Assembly: GCA_902801985.1 (NCBI GenBank)
Contig: CADCKD010000017.1
Location: 10,162-74,161, forward strand
Reading direction: 5' to 3'
DNA from: an uncultured bacterium
Lineage (GTDB): Bacteria; Cyanobacteriota; Vampirovibrionia; Gastranaerophilales; Gastranaerophilaceae
DNA length: 64,000 nucleotides
Positions 45,896 to 55,611 of the stretch are shown here, piece by piece. Each line of letters opens with the position of its first letter. Position 1 is the stretch's first letter. The position numbers and the translations under genes were made by a program. The notes below the pieces were generated by a model. It saw only the letters and a list, made by a program, of their open reading frames with translations, was not told where the DNA came from and did not search any database.

Positions 45896-48430
45896 TTATT
45901 CTGCAGTTGAAGGTTCTTCAACAATTTCTACTTCTTTATCCTTTTTAGAAGCTCTTTTTCGAGCTTTATCAAAAGATATCTTGCCATCATCCATTGTGAC
46001 TTTGATTGTGTCACCAGGAGCATATTTACCGGACAGGATTTCTTCTGCAAGACTGTCTTCCATCTTTCTTTGAATTAAACGTCTCAATGGTCTTGCACCA
46101 TAAGCCTCAGAATATCCGTTCTCTGCTAAATAATCTTTAACTTCATCTGTAACATCAACATTGATTTCCTTTTCTGCCAAACGTTTGAATAAATCTTTAA
46201 GCATTAAATCAACGATTTGTCTGATTTCAGGTTTTGACAAGTGAGCAAATACGATTGTTTCATCGATACGGTTCAAGAATTCAGGTCTGAATGCTTTCTT
46301 CATTTCTTCTGATACAGTATCTTTAAGTTTTTCGTATTTATCTTTAGCTTCATCATCCGCTGTAGAGAATCCAAGTTTTGCTTTATTAGCAATCATACTT
46401 GCACCTACGTTAGATGTCATAATGATAACAGTATTCTTAAAGCTGATATGACGTCCTTTTGAATCTGTTAAACGACCGTCATCCAAGATTTGAAGCATTA
46501 TATTAAATACATCAGGGTGTGCTTTTTCGATTTCATCAAATAATACAACAGAGTAAGGTTTCTTTCTTACAAGTTCTGTCATATGACCGCCATCATCATA
46601 CCCGACATATCCCGGAGGGGAACCGATAAGTTTTGCAGTTGAATGTTTTTCCATAAATTCAGACATATCAACTCTTATCATGTTATCTTCCGAACCAAAC
46701 ATAGCTTCAGCTAATGCTTTTGCAAGTTCGGTTTTACCAACACCGGTAGGGCCACAGAAGATAAAACTTCCGATTGGTCTGTTTGGCGCTTTTAAACCAA
46801 CTCTTGCACGTCTGATTGCTTTTGAGACAGCAACAATAGCATCATGTTGACCTATAACACGCTCATGAAGAATGCTTTCTAACTTCATTAATCTTTCACT
46901 TTCACCTTCTGTTAACTTGGTAACAGGAACTCCAGTCATCATTGCAATTACTTGAGCTATATCTTCGGCAACAACCGTCGGTTTATTCAATTCATGTTCA
47001 TCACGCCATTGAGCGGATACATCACGAATTTTATCTCTCAAATCAGCCTCATCATCTCTCAATTGGGAAGCTGTCTCAAATTCCTGATTTCTTATTGCGT
47101 CTTCTTTTTGTTTAATTAAATCTTTTAATTGCTTTTCGAGTTCTTTAGCCTCCGGGCATAGAGTAGAAGCTTTTAATCTTACCTTAGAACTTGCTTCATC
47201 AATTACGTCAATCGCTTTATCAGGTAAAAATCTGTCGTTAATATATTTGCTGGACAATTTTACCGCAGCAACAATAGCTTCATCAGAAATATTTAATCTA
47301 TGATGCTCTTCATATTTTGGTTTAAGACCTCTTATAATTTCGATAGATTCTTCTTCTGTCGGTTCATCAATTTGCACAGGTTGGAAACGACGTTCAAGAG
47401 CAGAATCTTTTTCAATATAACGTCTGTATTCATCAGAAGTTGTTGCACCGATAACTTGAATTTCTCCGCGAGAAAGCGCAGGTTTCAAAATGTTTGCAGC
47501 ATCTATTGCTCCTTCTGCAGCACCGGCACCAATCAATGTATGCATTTCATCAATTACAAGAATAACATTCCCTGCTTGACGAATTTCATCCATAATTTTC
47601 TTTAAACGTTCTTCGAATTCACCACGATATTTTGTACCTGCAACCAAAAGTCCCATATCGAGCTGAATAATCTTTTTGCCATCCAATACATCAGGGACTT
47701 CAGCATTAACAATTCTTATAGCTAAGCCTTCTGCAACTGCAGTTTTACCAACACCTGGTTCTCCAAGTAAAACAGGGTTATTTTTAGTTCTTCTGGCAAG
47801 AATTTGAATAACACGTTCAATTTCTTTTTCTCTTCCTACAACAGGATCAAGCCTCAACTCTTGAGCTGCAAGAGTTAAATCACGGCCAAATTCATCCAAA
47901 CTAGGAGTTTTATTTTTTCCGGATGAACTTGAAGAACCTGAAGAAGAAGATGAAGATGATGAAGAAGAACTTCCTGCTGTTGTTGCACCTGGCTTTGATT
48001 CTCCAAGCATCTTTATAACATTACTTCTAACTTTATTTAAATCCACACCTAAGTTCTCAAGTACACGAGCTGCTACACCTTCTCCTTCACGGATAAGTCC
48101 TAAAAGCAGATGTTCCGTTCCGATGTAATTATGACCTAACTGTCTTGCCTCATCCCAAGAAAGTTCTAAAACTCTCTTTGCTCTTGGGGTAAAAGGAATT
48201 TCAACCGCAACAAATCCCGAACCTCTGCCTATAATCTTTTCAACTTCGGCTCTTGCATCTTTTAAATTTACTCCCATAGATTTTAGGGTTTTAGCAGCAA
48301 CTCCGGTGCCCTCACCGATCAAGCCCAACAAAACTTGTTCTGTTCCAACAAAGTTGTGACCCAATCTTCGAGCTTCTTCCTGAGCAAGCATTATGACTTT
48401 TATTGCTTTTTCTGTAAAACGTTCGAACAT
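45896..48430 (-). CDS. clpC: ATP-dependent Clp protease ATP-binding subunit ClpC
   Basis: Two Clp_N repeats, Walker [10 protein letters not shown] and GPTGVGKTE, a UVR-like middle domain, and a poly-Ser linker. Confidence 0.95.
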   Translation of the reverse strand: MFERFTEKAIKVIMLAQEEARRLGHNFVGTEQVLLGLIGEGTGVAAKTLKSMGVNLKDARAEVEKIIGRGSGFVAVEIPFTPRAKRVLELSWDEARQLGHNYIGTEHLLLGLIREGEGVAARVLENLGVDLNKVRSNVIKMLGESKPGATTAGSSSSSSSSSSSGSSSSSGKNKTPSLDEFGRDLTLAAQELRLDPVVGREKEIERVIQILARRTKNNPVLLGEPGVGKTAVAEGLAIRIVNAEVPDVLDGKKIIQLDMGLLVAGTKYRGEFEERLKKIMDEIRQAGNVILVIDEMHTLIGAGAAEGAIDAANILKPALSRGEIQVIGATTSDEYRRYIEKDSALERRFQPVQIDEPTEEESIEIIRGLKPKYEEHHRLNISDEAIVAAVKLSSKYINDRFLPDKAIDVIDEASSKVRLKASTLCPEAKELEKQLKDLIKQKEDAIRNQEFETASQLRDDEADLRDKIRDVSAQWRDEHELNKPTVVAEDIAQVIAMMTGVPVTKLTEGESERLMKLESILHERVIGQHDAIVAVSKAIRRARVGLKAPNRPIGSFIFCGPTGVGKTELAKALAEAMFGSEDNMIRVDMSEFMEKHSTAKLIGSPPGYVGYDDGGHMTELVRKKPYSVVLFDEIEKAHPDVFNIMLQILDDGRLTDSKGRHISFKNTVIIMTSNVGASMIANKAKLGFSTADDEAKDKYEKLKDTVSEEMKKAFRPEFLNRIDETIVFAHLSKPEIRQIVDLMLKDLFKRLAEKEINVDVTDEVKDYLAENGYSEAYGARPLRRLIQRKMEDSLAEEILSGKYAPGDTIKVTMDDGKISFDKARKRASKKDKEVEIVEEPSTAE

Positions 48431-48532
48431 TTCTCACTCCTATCTCTTCTATATAAAAATTATATCCAAAAACAAGAAAAGTTTCAATATGTAATGAAAC
48501 TTTACAGAACAAAACCTACATCAGTACAGATT

Positions 48533-48859
48533 CTAAAGACCTAAATCATCATATAATTTTTTATTTGATGAGAGATCGAAAATTTTATCAGTATCCGTAG
48601 TATCCAGAATTTTGCCGTCTTTTACTAAATCTGCGACCATTTTTTCATGACTTTTATCTTCCGGATCAGACATTGCAAGTTTTGTAAAAGTTTTTATATC
48701 TTTATTGCGTTCATACAAATTTAGTGCATATTTGGACATTCCGCGAAGAAATATTTTTCTTTGTTCTTCGTGCCAGTCTTCAACAGGAGAGGACATCCCA
48801 AAGCATATATTTTGAGAATTCATAGATTTTAAACGGTTGACAATGTTTTTTAAAGACAT
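48533..48859 (-). CDS. hypothetical 108-aa protein
   Basis: ORF track, with an RBS-like GAGAGGGA upstream. No family recognised. Confidence 0.45.
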   Translation of the reverse strand: MSLKNIVNRLKSMNSQNICFGMSSPVEDWHEEQRKIFLRGMSKYALNLYERNKDIKTFTKLAMSDPEDKSHEKMVADLVKDGKILDTTDTDKIFDLSSNKKLYDDLGL

Positions 48860-48978
48860 ATATCCCTCTCTTATACATATATTATATAATATTTTTAAAT
48901 AAAAGCAAATAGCTCAAAATCATTATAAAAAATTTTCCGCATTTGCATATAAATAAAAAATTTGCTAACATTCCATAT

Positions 48979-49776
48979 ATGGATAATTTGGTTGAGAAAT
49001 TAAAAGATTTAGGTTTTAATTCATACGAAGCAAAGGTGTATCTTGCCTTGTTGAAAAAATATCCTGCGACAGGGTATGAACTTGCTCAAGCTGCAAATAT
49101 CCCTCAATCAAGAGCGTATGATGCACTAAAGTCGCTTGTCAACGACAATATTGTCGTACCTGATGATAATAAACCTCAAAAATATACCCCAATTCCTCCA
49201 AAAGAATTGACAAAAAGATACAAAAGAAAAATGACATCAACAATAGATTATCTTGAAAAAAAATTACCACAAGTAAAAGATAATTATAATGAACCGATAC
49301 ATAACATTTCCGGATATGATTCTATTATAGACAAAGTCAAAGAATTAATAAACAATACAAAAAATTCAATCTATTTAGAAATTTGGGAGGAAGACTACAA
49401 GCATATAGAAAAGGAAATTGAAGCAGCTTACGACAGAGGAGTCGCGATTAAAATAGTTGCATACGGAAATATAAAAACTCAATTTGGTACAGTATACTAT
49501 CATAATTGGGCAGTAGAAATAGAAGAAACACTAGGCAGACTGATTTTTATTCTCTCGGACAATCAGGAAGGGTTATTTGGCAGAGTAGAAGAAGACGTTA
49601 TTTGGACGCAAAATTCTAAAATAACATTTATTTTAAAAGAATTTATAGTCCACGATATGTATCTCCTTGATGTCGGTATGAATTTCCCGGAGCAGCTGAA
49701 ATATTTTTACGGACCTGGGTTTAAACGTCTTAAAGAAAAGATTTTATCTAAAGATTCCAAATACAACATACACTAA
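48979..49776 (+). CDS. TrmB-family transcriptional regulator
   Basis: LKDLGFNSYEAKVYLALLKKYPATGYELAQAANIPQSRAYDALKSLV winged-helix N-terminus. Start moved to the ATG at 48979. Confidence 0.8.
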   Translation: MDNLVEKLKDLGFNSYEAKVYLALLKKYPATGYELAQAANIPQSRAYDALKSLVNDNIVVPDDNKPQKYTPIPPKELTKRYKRKMTSTIDYLEKKLPQVKDNYNEPIHNISGYDSIIDKVKELINNTKNSIYLEIWEEDYKHIEKEIEAAYDRGVAIKIVAYGNIKTQFGTVYYHNWAVEIEETLGRLIFILSDNQEGLFGRVEEDVIWTQNSKITFILKEFIVHDMYLLDVGMNFPEQLKYFYGPGFKRLKEKILSKDSKYNIH

Positions 49777-49878
49777 TTTATAAAATTGTAATAATAATTT
49801 ACTTTTAATTTAAAAATTTGGGTTTTATAATTAAATTAATAAAAGAAAGAGCATGTTTTGGGGAGATGTTGTTAAAAA

Positions 49879-50493
49879 ATGGAAGGGTACAGTTTTGAAT
49901 TAATAACCGGACCGATGAGTTGCGGAAAAACAGAAGAACTTTTAAGAAGAATCAGACGTTGCATTATTGCAAAAAAGAAAGTTAAAGTATTTTCTCCGGA
50001 TGTTGATACACGTTCCGGCGGTGATTATATTGAATCAAGAAACGGCCTGTGGCTTGATGCAATAAAGGTTAAACACTCAATCGAAATTTTAAGCCTTGTA
50101 AAGGATGTACAAGTTGTTGCAATTGATGAATTACAATTCTTTGATACAAACATTGTTCCTGTGATAAACCAACTTATGAAAGAGGGGAAAAGGGTTATAG
50201 GAACAGGCTTAGAACTAGATTTCAAAGCAGAACCGTTTGGTTCAATGCCGGAGCTTATGTGCATTGCAACAAAAGTCGACAAACTGCATGCTGTATGTAT
50301 GAAGTGCGGCTGCGACCACGCAACAAGAACACAACGACTAATAGACGGCAAACCTGCAGACAAAAGTTCTCCTCTAATCATGATCGGAGGGGACGAAACG
50401 TACGAAGCCAGATGTATTAAATGCTACGAACTTCCGGATGTTAAAAAGAAAGCTAAAAATTTAGGACTAAAACTTTTACAATTCAACAAATAA
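49879..50493 (+). CDS. tdk: thymidine kinase
   Basis: GPMSCGKTEEL, IDELQFF, and the zinc Cys pairs CMKCG...CIKC. Confidence 0.92.
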   Translation: MEGYSFELITGPMSCGKTEELLRRIRRCIIAKKKVKVFSPDVDTRSGGDYIESRNGLWLDAIKVKHSIEILSLVKDVQVVAIDELQFFDTNIVPVINQLMKEGKRVIGTGLELDFKAEPFGSMPELMCIATKVDKLHAVCMKCGCDHATRTQRLIDGKPADKSSPLIMIGGDETYEARCIKCYELPDVKKKAKNLGLKLLQFNK

Positions 50494-50528
50494 TATTTTA
50501 CAATTCAATAAATAATAACTAATTTTGC

Positions 50529-50554
50529 AGCGGAAGACAAAGCTTCCGCTTTTT
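50529..50554 (+). terminator. tdk terminator
   Basis: agcggaag-6nt-cttccgct followed by a T-run. Confidence 0.8.
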
Positions 50555-50707
50555 ATTTGCGGATAAATGCCTTATAATACAAAAAGAATATACTTTGTAA
50601 CTATCTTTTTTTTTATAAGTATGGTAATATGTATGCAGTTATGGAACTTTTATATAATAATTCCGTCTGACTAAATGGGTAGGAATTATTGGAGGTTATA
50701 AACACGA

Positions 50708-51928
50708 ATGAATAAATTATTAAAAAAGAGCATAATATTTTTTACTCTATTTGTGGCGATGTTTGCTTGGGCTCTAAAATCTAATGTTCAAGCGGCAACC
50801 CCTATTGAAATGTATGATAATGTATGGCGACTTATAAATTCCAAATACGTTGATCAAACAAACAATGAACAAAATTGGCACAAATGGCGCCATAAATATG
50901 ACAATGTAATAAAAACGGACGAAGATGCATATGTTGCCATAGATACAATGGTTGCAAGTTTAAATGATCCGTATACAAAGTTTTTAAACCCGAAAGAATT
51001 CCAAGAGGAAACCAGCTCTATTAAAGGTTCACTAAAGGGTATTGGTATCCAAATCGGAGTCAAAGACGGGAAATTGATGGTAATTGCTCCAATAGAAGAT
51101 ACTCCGGCAGAAAAAGCAGGATTACTTGCTGATGATGAAATTTTATCAATTGACGGTAAAAGCACAAAAGGTATTACAGTAGATAAAGCTGCTGACCAAA
51201 TCAGAGGAGAAGAGGGCACTCAAGTAACTTTGCTTATCAAACGCAAGAATATGGAACCCAAAGAATATACCATTACAAGAGCAGAGATTGAAATTAAATC
51301 AGTAACACAAAAAGTTCCTACCAAAATGGAAGTACCTGAAGATATTTGCTATATCAGATTAAGTTCTTTTATTAGCAGAAATGCGGCAAAAGAAGTTGCC
51401 GATATTATTAATAATAACGAAGGCAAAAAAGCGTTTATTATTGACCTAAGATCAAATCCAGGAGGGCTTTTGAGTAATGCTATATACATTTCAGATATGT
51501 TTCTAAATGGGGGTGCAATAGTTAGTACTGTTGACCGTGACGGTTACAAAGAGACTCAAAAAGCTACAAGCGGTGTTCTCACAACAAAACCTTTGGTTGT
51601 ACTTTTGAATAAAGGTTCAGCATCTGCAAGTGAAATCTTTTCAGGAGCAATGAAAGATAATAAAAGAGCCGTTCTGGTTGGGACTCAATCTTTCGGTAAA
51701 GGTCTGGTACAAGAAATTAACAAACTCCCAAATAACGCAGGGATAAATATTACAATCCAAAAATATTTAACACCTAACGGAACAGATATTCATAAAAAAG
51801 GTATTACACCTGATGTGGTGGTTGAATTAACTGATGACGAAGTTAAAAATAAAGATGATGTTCAACTTAAAAAAGCCATTGAAGTTGCACAAAGCCTTGA
51901 AAGAAAAAATTACGTTGTTTCAAAATAA
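50708..51928 (+). CDS. carboxyl-terminal processing protease (peptidase S41) with PDZ domain
   Basis: Signal peptide. PDZ block GIGIQI...PAEKAGL..DDEILSIDG. Catalytic block GSASASEIF...GKG. Confidence 0.9.
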   Translation: MNKLLKKSIIFFTLFVAMFAWALKSNVQAATPIEMYDNVWRLINSKYVDQTNNEQNWHKWRHKYDNVIKTDEDAYVAIDTMVASLNDPYTKFLNPKEFQEETSSIKGSLKGIGIQIGVKDGKLMVIAPIEDTPAEKAGLLADDEILSIDGKSTKGITVDKAADQIRGEEGTQVTLLIKRKNMEPKEYTITRAEIEIKSVTQKVPTKMEVPEDICYIRLSSFISRNAAKEVADIINNNEGKKAFIIDLRSNPGGLLSNAIYISDMFLNGGAIVSTVDRDGYKETQKATSGVLTTKPLVVLLNKGSASASEIFSGAMKDNKRAVLVGTQSFGKGLVQEINKLPNNAGINITIQKYLTPNGTDIHKKGITPDVVVELTDDEVKNKDDVQLKKAIEVAQSLERKNYVVSK

Positions 51929-51941
51929 TAAGAGTAAAAAA

Positions 51942-51977
51942 AATATCCTGTCCTTAATGAGGACAGGATATTTTTTT
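51942..51977. terminator. bidirectional terminator (S41 protease / dxs)
   Basis: aatatcctgtcc-7nt-ggacaggatatt with flanking A-run and T-run. Confidence 0.85.
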
Positions 51978-51982
51978 GTTAA

Positions 51983-53755
51983 TTACAATATTGATTTTAT
52001 ATCATCTGCAATTAATTCTTTTTTCAATCTGTATGATGTCAGTAACTCATCCATCGGAACACGGTCAATGAATTCTTTTTTAGCTCCGTAATTCAATACT
52101 TTCATTGAAGAATTTCCGTAAAAACTTGAAATTTTTTCTCCAAATCCTCCGCTTAAAATTCCGTTTTCAAGAGTTATTACAACGCTATGATCAGATTTTA
52201 AAGAATTAAGAAGTTCTTCATCCACTCCTGATATAAATCTTGGATTTATTAAAGTAGCATCTATACCCAAAGATGATTTCAACTCATCTTTTACACTTTG
52301 TCCCAAGCCGAAGAAATCCCCCAAAGCTATAATTGCAACTTTTGAACCTCGTTCTGCGACTTTATATTTATTCAAAACAGAATAATCAGTAGTATCTTCC
52401 ACACCTGTTGAAATATATTCACAAGTCGGTACACGAATTGCAACAGAATAATTTTGTTGTTCAACCGACCAATCAAGCATTCTCAAGTATTCTTCTTTAC
52501 AAGTTGGTGCCAGATATACAATATTTGGGATATTACAAATCAACGGAATATCAAACAACCCTAAATGAGTAGCATCTGCGCTTGAAATTCCGCCCCAATA
52601 TACCAAAATAGTTGCAGGAGAATTATTCAACGCTAAATCCTGCGATAATTGGTCATAACTTCTTTGGATAAATGATGTCATAACGCCAAATATTGGTTTA
52701 GCGCCATTTTTTGCAAGTCCTGAAGAATAAGCAACTGCATGCTGCTCTGCAATACCGACATCAGTATAATTTTTTCCTAATTTGTTTCTGAATTCGCTAT
52801 CCCACCAGAAAACTCCTGGAGTTGCGGCATTAACCGCAATCACGGATTTATCCTCTTTAACTTTATTAAGAATATAATCCTTTGTTATGGTTTCATAGCA
52901 TTCAGGGATTTCATAATTCCCGCTATCCTCCGCTTTATTTAATAAACCGGGCATAGACCAGTGACCGCTTTCTTTATGTTCAACAGCAGGGGCATAACCT
53001 TTCCCTTTTAAAGTATGAATATGAACAACAATCGGATGATCAACATCTTTTACTTTCTTGAAAGTATCAATCAAAACTTGAATATTATTGCCTTCTTCAA
53101 CATAAATATAATCAAAACCAAAAGCCTTGAACCAGTTATTTGAACAAGTTCCGTTAGATTCGCGCAATTCTTTCAAGTTTTTGTACAAACCACCTTGATT
53201 TTCAGCAATAGACATCTCATTATCATTGACAATAACAATGAAATTTGAGCCTAAAACAGAAGAATTGTTAAAACCTTCAAATGCTTCACCGCCTGACAAT
53301 GAGCCGTCACCGATTAAAGCTATCACATTATATTTTTCACCTTTCAAGTCTCTCGCTTTTGCCATACCTGTTGCAAGGCTGACAGATGTAGAAGTATGCC
53401 CTATCATAAATGGATCATGAGGACTTTCATTATAGTTAAAATATCCTGAGATTTCAGAATGTTCAATAGGAGATGTAAATCCTTCTTTTCTTCCTGTTAA
53501 CATCTTATGCGGATAACATTGGTGTGAAACGTCGAAAACGAATTTATCAACAGGAGAATTAAATACATAATGAAGAGCTATTGTTGCTTCTACAACTCCT
53601 AAGCCTGGACCTAAATGGCCTCCGATTAAATTTACTCTGTTTAAAATTCCTTTTCTAATTTCATCTGCCAAAATATTCATTTCTTCTAAAGATAGTTTTT
53701 TCACATCTTCAGGAGAATTGATAGTTTCTAATACGGTAGTTTCTAATACGCTCAT
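51983..53755 (-). CDS. dxs: 1-deoxy-D-xylulose-5-phosphate synthase-like (transketolase family)
   Basis: GGHLGPGLGVVEATIALHYVF, DVSHQCYPHKMLTGR and IGDGSLSGGEAFEG blocks. Confidence 0.8.
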   Translation of the reverse strand: MSVLETTVLETINSPEDVKKLSLEEMNILADEIRKGILNRVNLIGGHLGPGLGVVEATIALHYVFNSPVDKFVFDVSHQCYPHKMLTGRKEGFTSPIEHSEISGYFNYNESPHDPFMIGHTSTSVSLATGMAKARDLKGEKYNVIALIGDGSLSGGEAFEGFNNSSVLGSNFIVIVNDNEMSIAENQGGLYKNLKELRESNGTCSNNWFKAFGFDYIYVEEGNNIQVLIDTFKKVKDVDHPIVVHIHTLKGKGYAPAVEHKESGHWSMPGLLNKAEDSGNYEIPECYETITKDYILNKVKEDKSVIAVNAATPGVFWWDSEFRNKLGKNYTDVGIAEQHAVAYSSGLAKNGAKPIFGVMTSFIQRSYDQLSQDLALNNSPATILVYWGGISSADATHLGLFDIPLICNIPNIVYLAPTCKEEYLRMLDWSVEQQNYSVAIRVPTCEYISTGVEDTTDYSVLNKYKVAERGSKVAIIALGDFFGLGQSVKDELKSSLGIDATLINPRFISGVDEELLNSLKSDHSVVITLENGILSGGFGEKISSFYGNSSMKVLNYGAKKEFIDRVPMDELLTSYRLKKELIADDIKSIL

Positions 53756-53866
53756 ATACCCTCCTCATACTAAGATATTAATACGAAAAAGCAATCATTG
53801 TCAAGATTTATAGTATTTTGCAAAGTTTAAAATTTTATACTATAATCAAGTTAAGGAGAACATATT

Positions 53867-54784
53867 ATGAAAAAGAGTTTACTTATATTATCTGCAATAA
53901 TAGCTATTTCAGCAGGAACAGCGCTGGCTGCAAAATATCAAATTAACACATCAGGAGTTGTGAAAAATTCCGGCAACGTAATATCTGCACCGTCAAATGC
54001 TGTTAATCAAAATTATTACAACACATATTCATCTCAAAACTATGTTTCAAATAACTTGGTTAACCGTGAACAAGTCGGAATAATTGAAATTGTTATGGAT
54101 TATTCAGGTAGTATGGCAAACTGGATTGGGGTGGCAAAAAGAAGTATGTCCTCAATTGTTGCACAAATTCCTACTTCTACAAATTTAGGTTTTAGGGTCT
54201 TCGGTCACGATAATTACGGAAGTAACTCTTTTGCTGTGAATACAGTGCAAGAAGTCAAAAAGATTATAAAAAAAGGTAAAAAAATCAGTGTAGTAACTCA
54301 GCAAGGTCCAACAGGCTCAACATCCGGAGTTTGCGCAGCAACCCAACAGGTTACAAGAATTTCAAATGCGAATGCAGGAGAAATACTTGCAGGTATGGAG
54401 TCCGTAGATTTAGGAGGAGCTACTCCTATGGTATACGCACTTGACAGAGCTGCGTACCAAGATTTTGCAGCTTTTGATACTACTACACCTAAAAAAATTG
54501 TACTTATAACAGACGGCGGCGAAAACTGCGGCGGAGATCCGTGTGAATTTGCAAGACGCTTAATGCAAAAGCGTTCTGATATACATATAGATGTCGTATT
54601 GGTATCATCATATTCAAGTAAATTAACTTGTCTTGCATCAACTACCGGCGGACATTTTTATAACATAAACAATTTAGGCGATTTTTCAACTGTAATGACA
54701 AAATCGCTAAATTCTCAACCATCAGAAGTTAATAGCCAAGCACTTCCGCAACAGAATTACGAATTTATTAATGAATACGACTAA
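53867..54784 (+). CDS. secreted von Willebrand factor A (vWA) domain protein
   Basis: Signal peptide ...GTALA. MIDAS motif IVMDYSGSM, then GGATP, then LITDGGENCGGDPC. Confidence 0.8.
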   Translation: MKKSLLILSAIIAISAGTALAAKYQINTSGVVKNSGNVISAPSNAVNQNYYNTYSSQNYVSNNLVNREQVGIIEIVMDYSGSMANWIGVAKRSMSSIVAQIPTSTNLGFRVFGHDNYGSNSFAVNTVQEVKKIIKKGKKISVVTQQGPTGSTSGVCAATQQVTRISNANAGEILAGMESVDLGGATPMVYALDRAAYQDFAAFDTTTPKKIVLITDGGENCGGDPCEFARRLMQKRSDIHIDVVLVSSYSSKLTCLASTTGGHFYNINNLGDFSTVMTKSLNSQPSEVNSQALPQQNYEFINEYD

Positions 54785-54785
54785 A

Positions 54786-55001
54786 CTAATTCATCTTCGC
54801 CAAATCAGAAACAGTAGTATCTAGGGCTTCTGCTATCAGGATTACCGTGTCTAAAGAAGGTTTGGAAAATGCGACTTCAATTTTACCCATAAAATTCAGG
54901 GATATTCCTATTTTATCCGCAAGCTCTTGCTGCGTCATATGCAATGCTTTTCGACGCTGCTTTATATTTATTCCTAAAATTTTATAGAAATCTTTTTGCA
55001 T
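54786..55001 (-). CDS. XRE-family HTH transcriptional regulator (71 aa)
   Basis: LGINIKQRRKALHMTQQELADKIGISLNFMGKIE. Confidence 0.85.
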   Translation of the reverse strand: MQKDFYKILGINIKQRRKALHMTQQELADKIGISLNFMGKIEVAFSKPSLDTVILIAEALDTTVSDLAKMN

Positions 55002-55058
55002 TTACGTATAGTGTATACGTAAATTTTTGTAAAATATACGTACTAATAGTACGTATAT
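55001..55058. promoter_or_regulatory. two operator-like inverted repeats sharing a TACGTATA half-site
   Basis: IR1 tttacgtata-gtg-tatacgtaaa (55001-55023). IR2 atatacgtac-taata-gtacgtatat (55034-55058). Located between the XRE gene and the divergent acetyltransferase gene. Confidence 0.65.
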
Positions 55059-55074
55059 GTAGTATGATTTTTTT

Positions 55075-55611
55075 ATGATTAAAATACTTGCAAGTCTTAT
55101 ACCAAATAAAATACTCCGAAGAAATTTCAGACAATTTTGCTATACAATCCAAATAAGATGGGAAGCAGAATATATAGGGAAAAACCTGTATTGCGGGAAA
55201 TTTTCAACGGTAAATAGAAAAACAACAATAAAAAATGACGTAAGATTAAACGGTCTGCACATTAGCGGAAACGGGAAAGTAATTATAGGCAACAACAGTA
55301 TACTGGGATTTGATACATTAATTATTTCAGACAACCACAATTATAAAGGCAAAGCACTGCCATATGATAACACATTTATAGAAAAAACAACAATTATAGA
55401 AGATTTTGTTTGGATAGGAGCAAGAGCTATACTGCTGCCAGGGGCTAAAATAGGAGAGGGTGCAATTGTACAAGCAGGGGCTGTAGTACATGGAGAAATC
55501 CCACCACTTGCAATCGCCGGCGGAAATCCCGCAAGGGTCTTTAGCTGGAGAGAAAAAGACAAATATTATGCTCTAAAAAAGCAATATAAAACTAATTCAA
55601 CGAAATGCTAA
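55075..55611 (+). CDS. hexapeptide-repeat (left-handed beta-helix) acetyltransferase
   Basis: VWIGARAILLPGAKIGEGAIVQAGAVVHGEIPPLAIAGGNPARV. Confidence 0.8.
   Translation: MIKILASLIPNKILRRNFRQFCYTIQIRWEAEYIGKNLYCGKFSTVNRKTTIKNDVRLNGLHISGNGKVIIGNNSILGFDTLIISDNHNYKGKALPYDNTFIEKTTIIEDFVWIGARAILLPGAKIGEGAIVQAGAVVHGEIPPLAIAGGNPARVFSWREKDKYYALKKQYKTNSTKC

Noticed and set aside
50656-50690. Hairpin aataattcc-17nt-ggaattatt just before the S41 protease RBS as a translational control element.
   Set aside because: The 5' arm overlaps the likely TATAAT -10 box (50653-50658), so it is probably not fully transcribed, and it does not cover the GGAGG.
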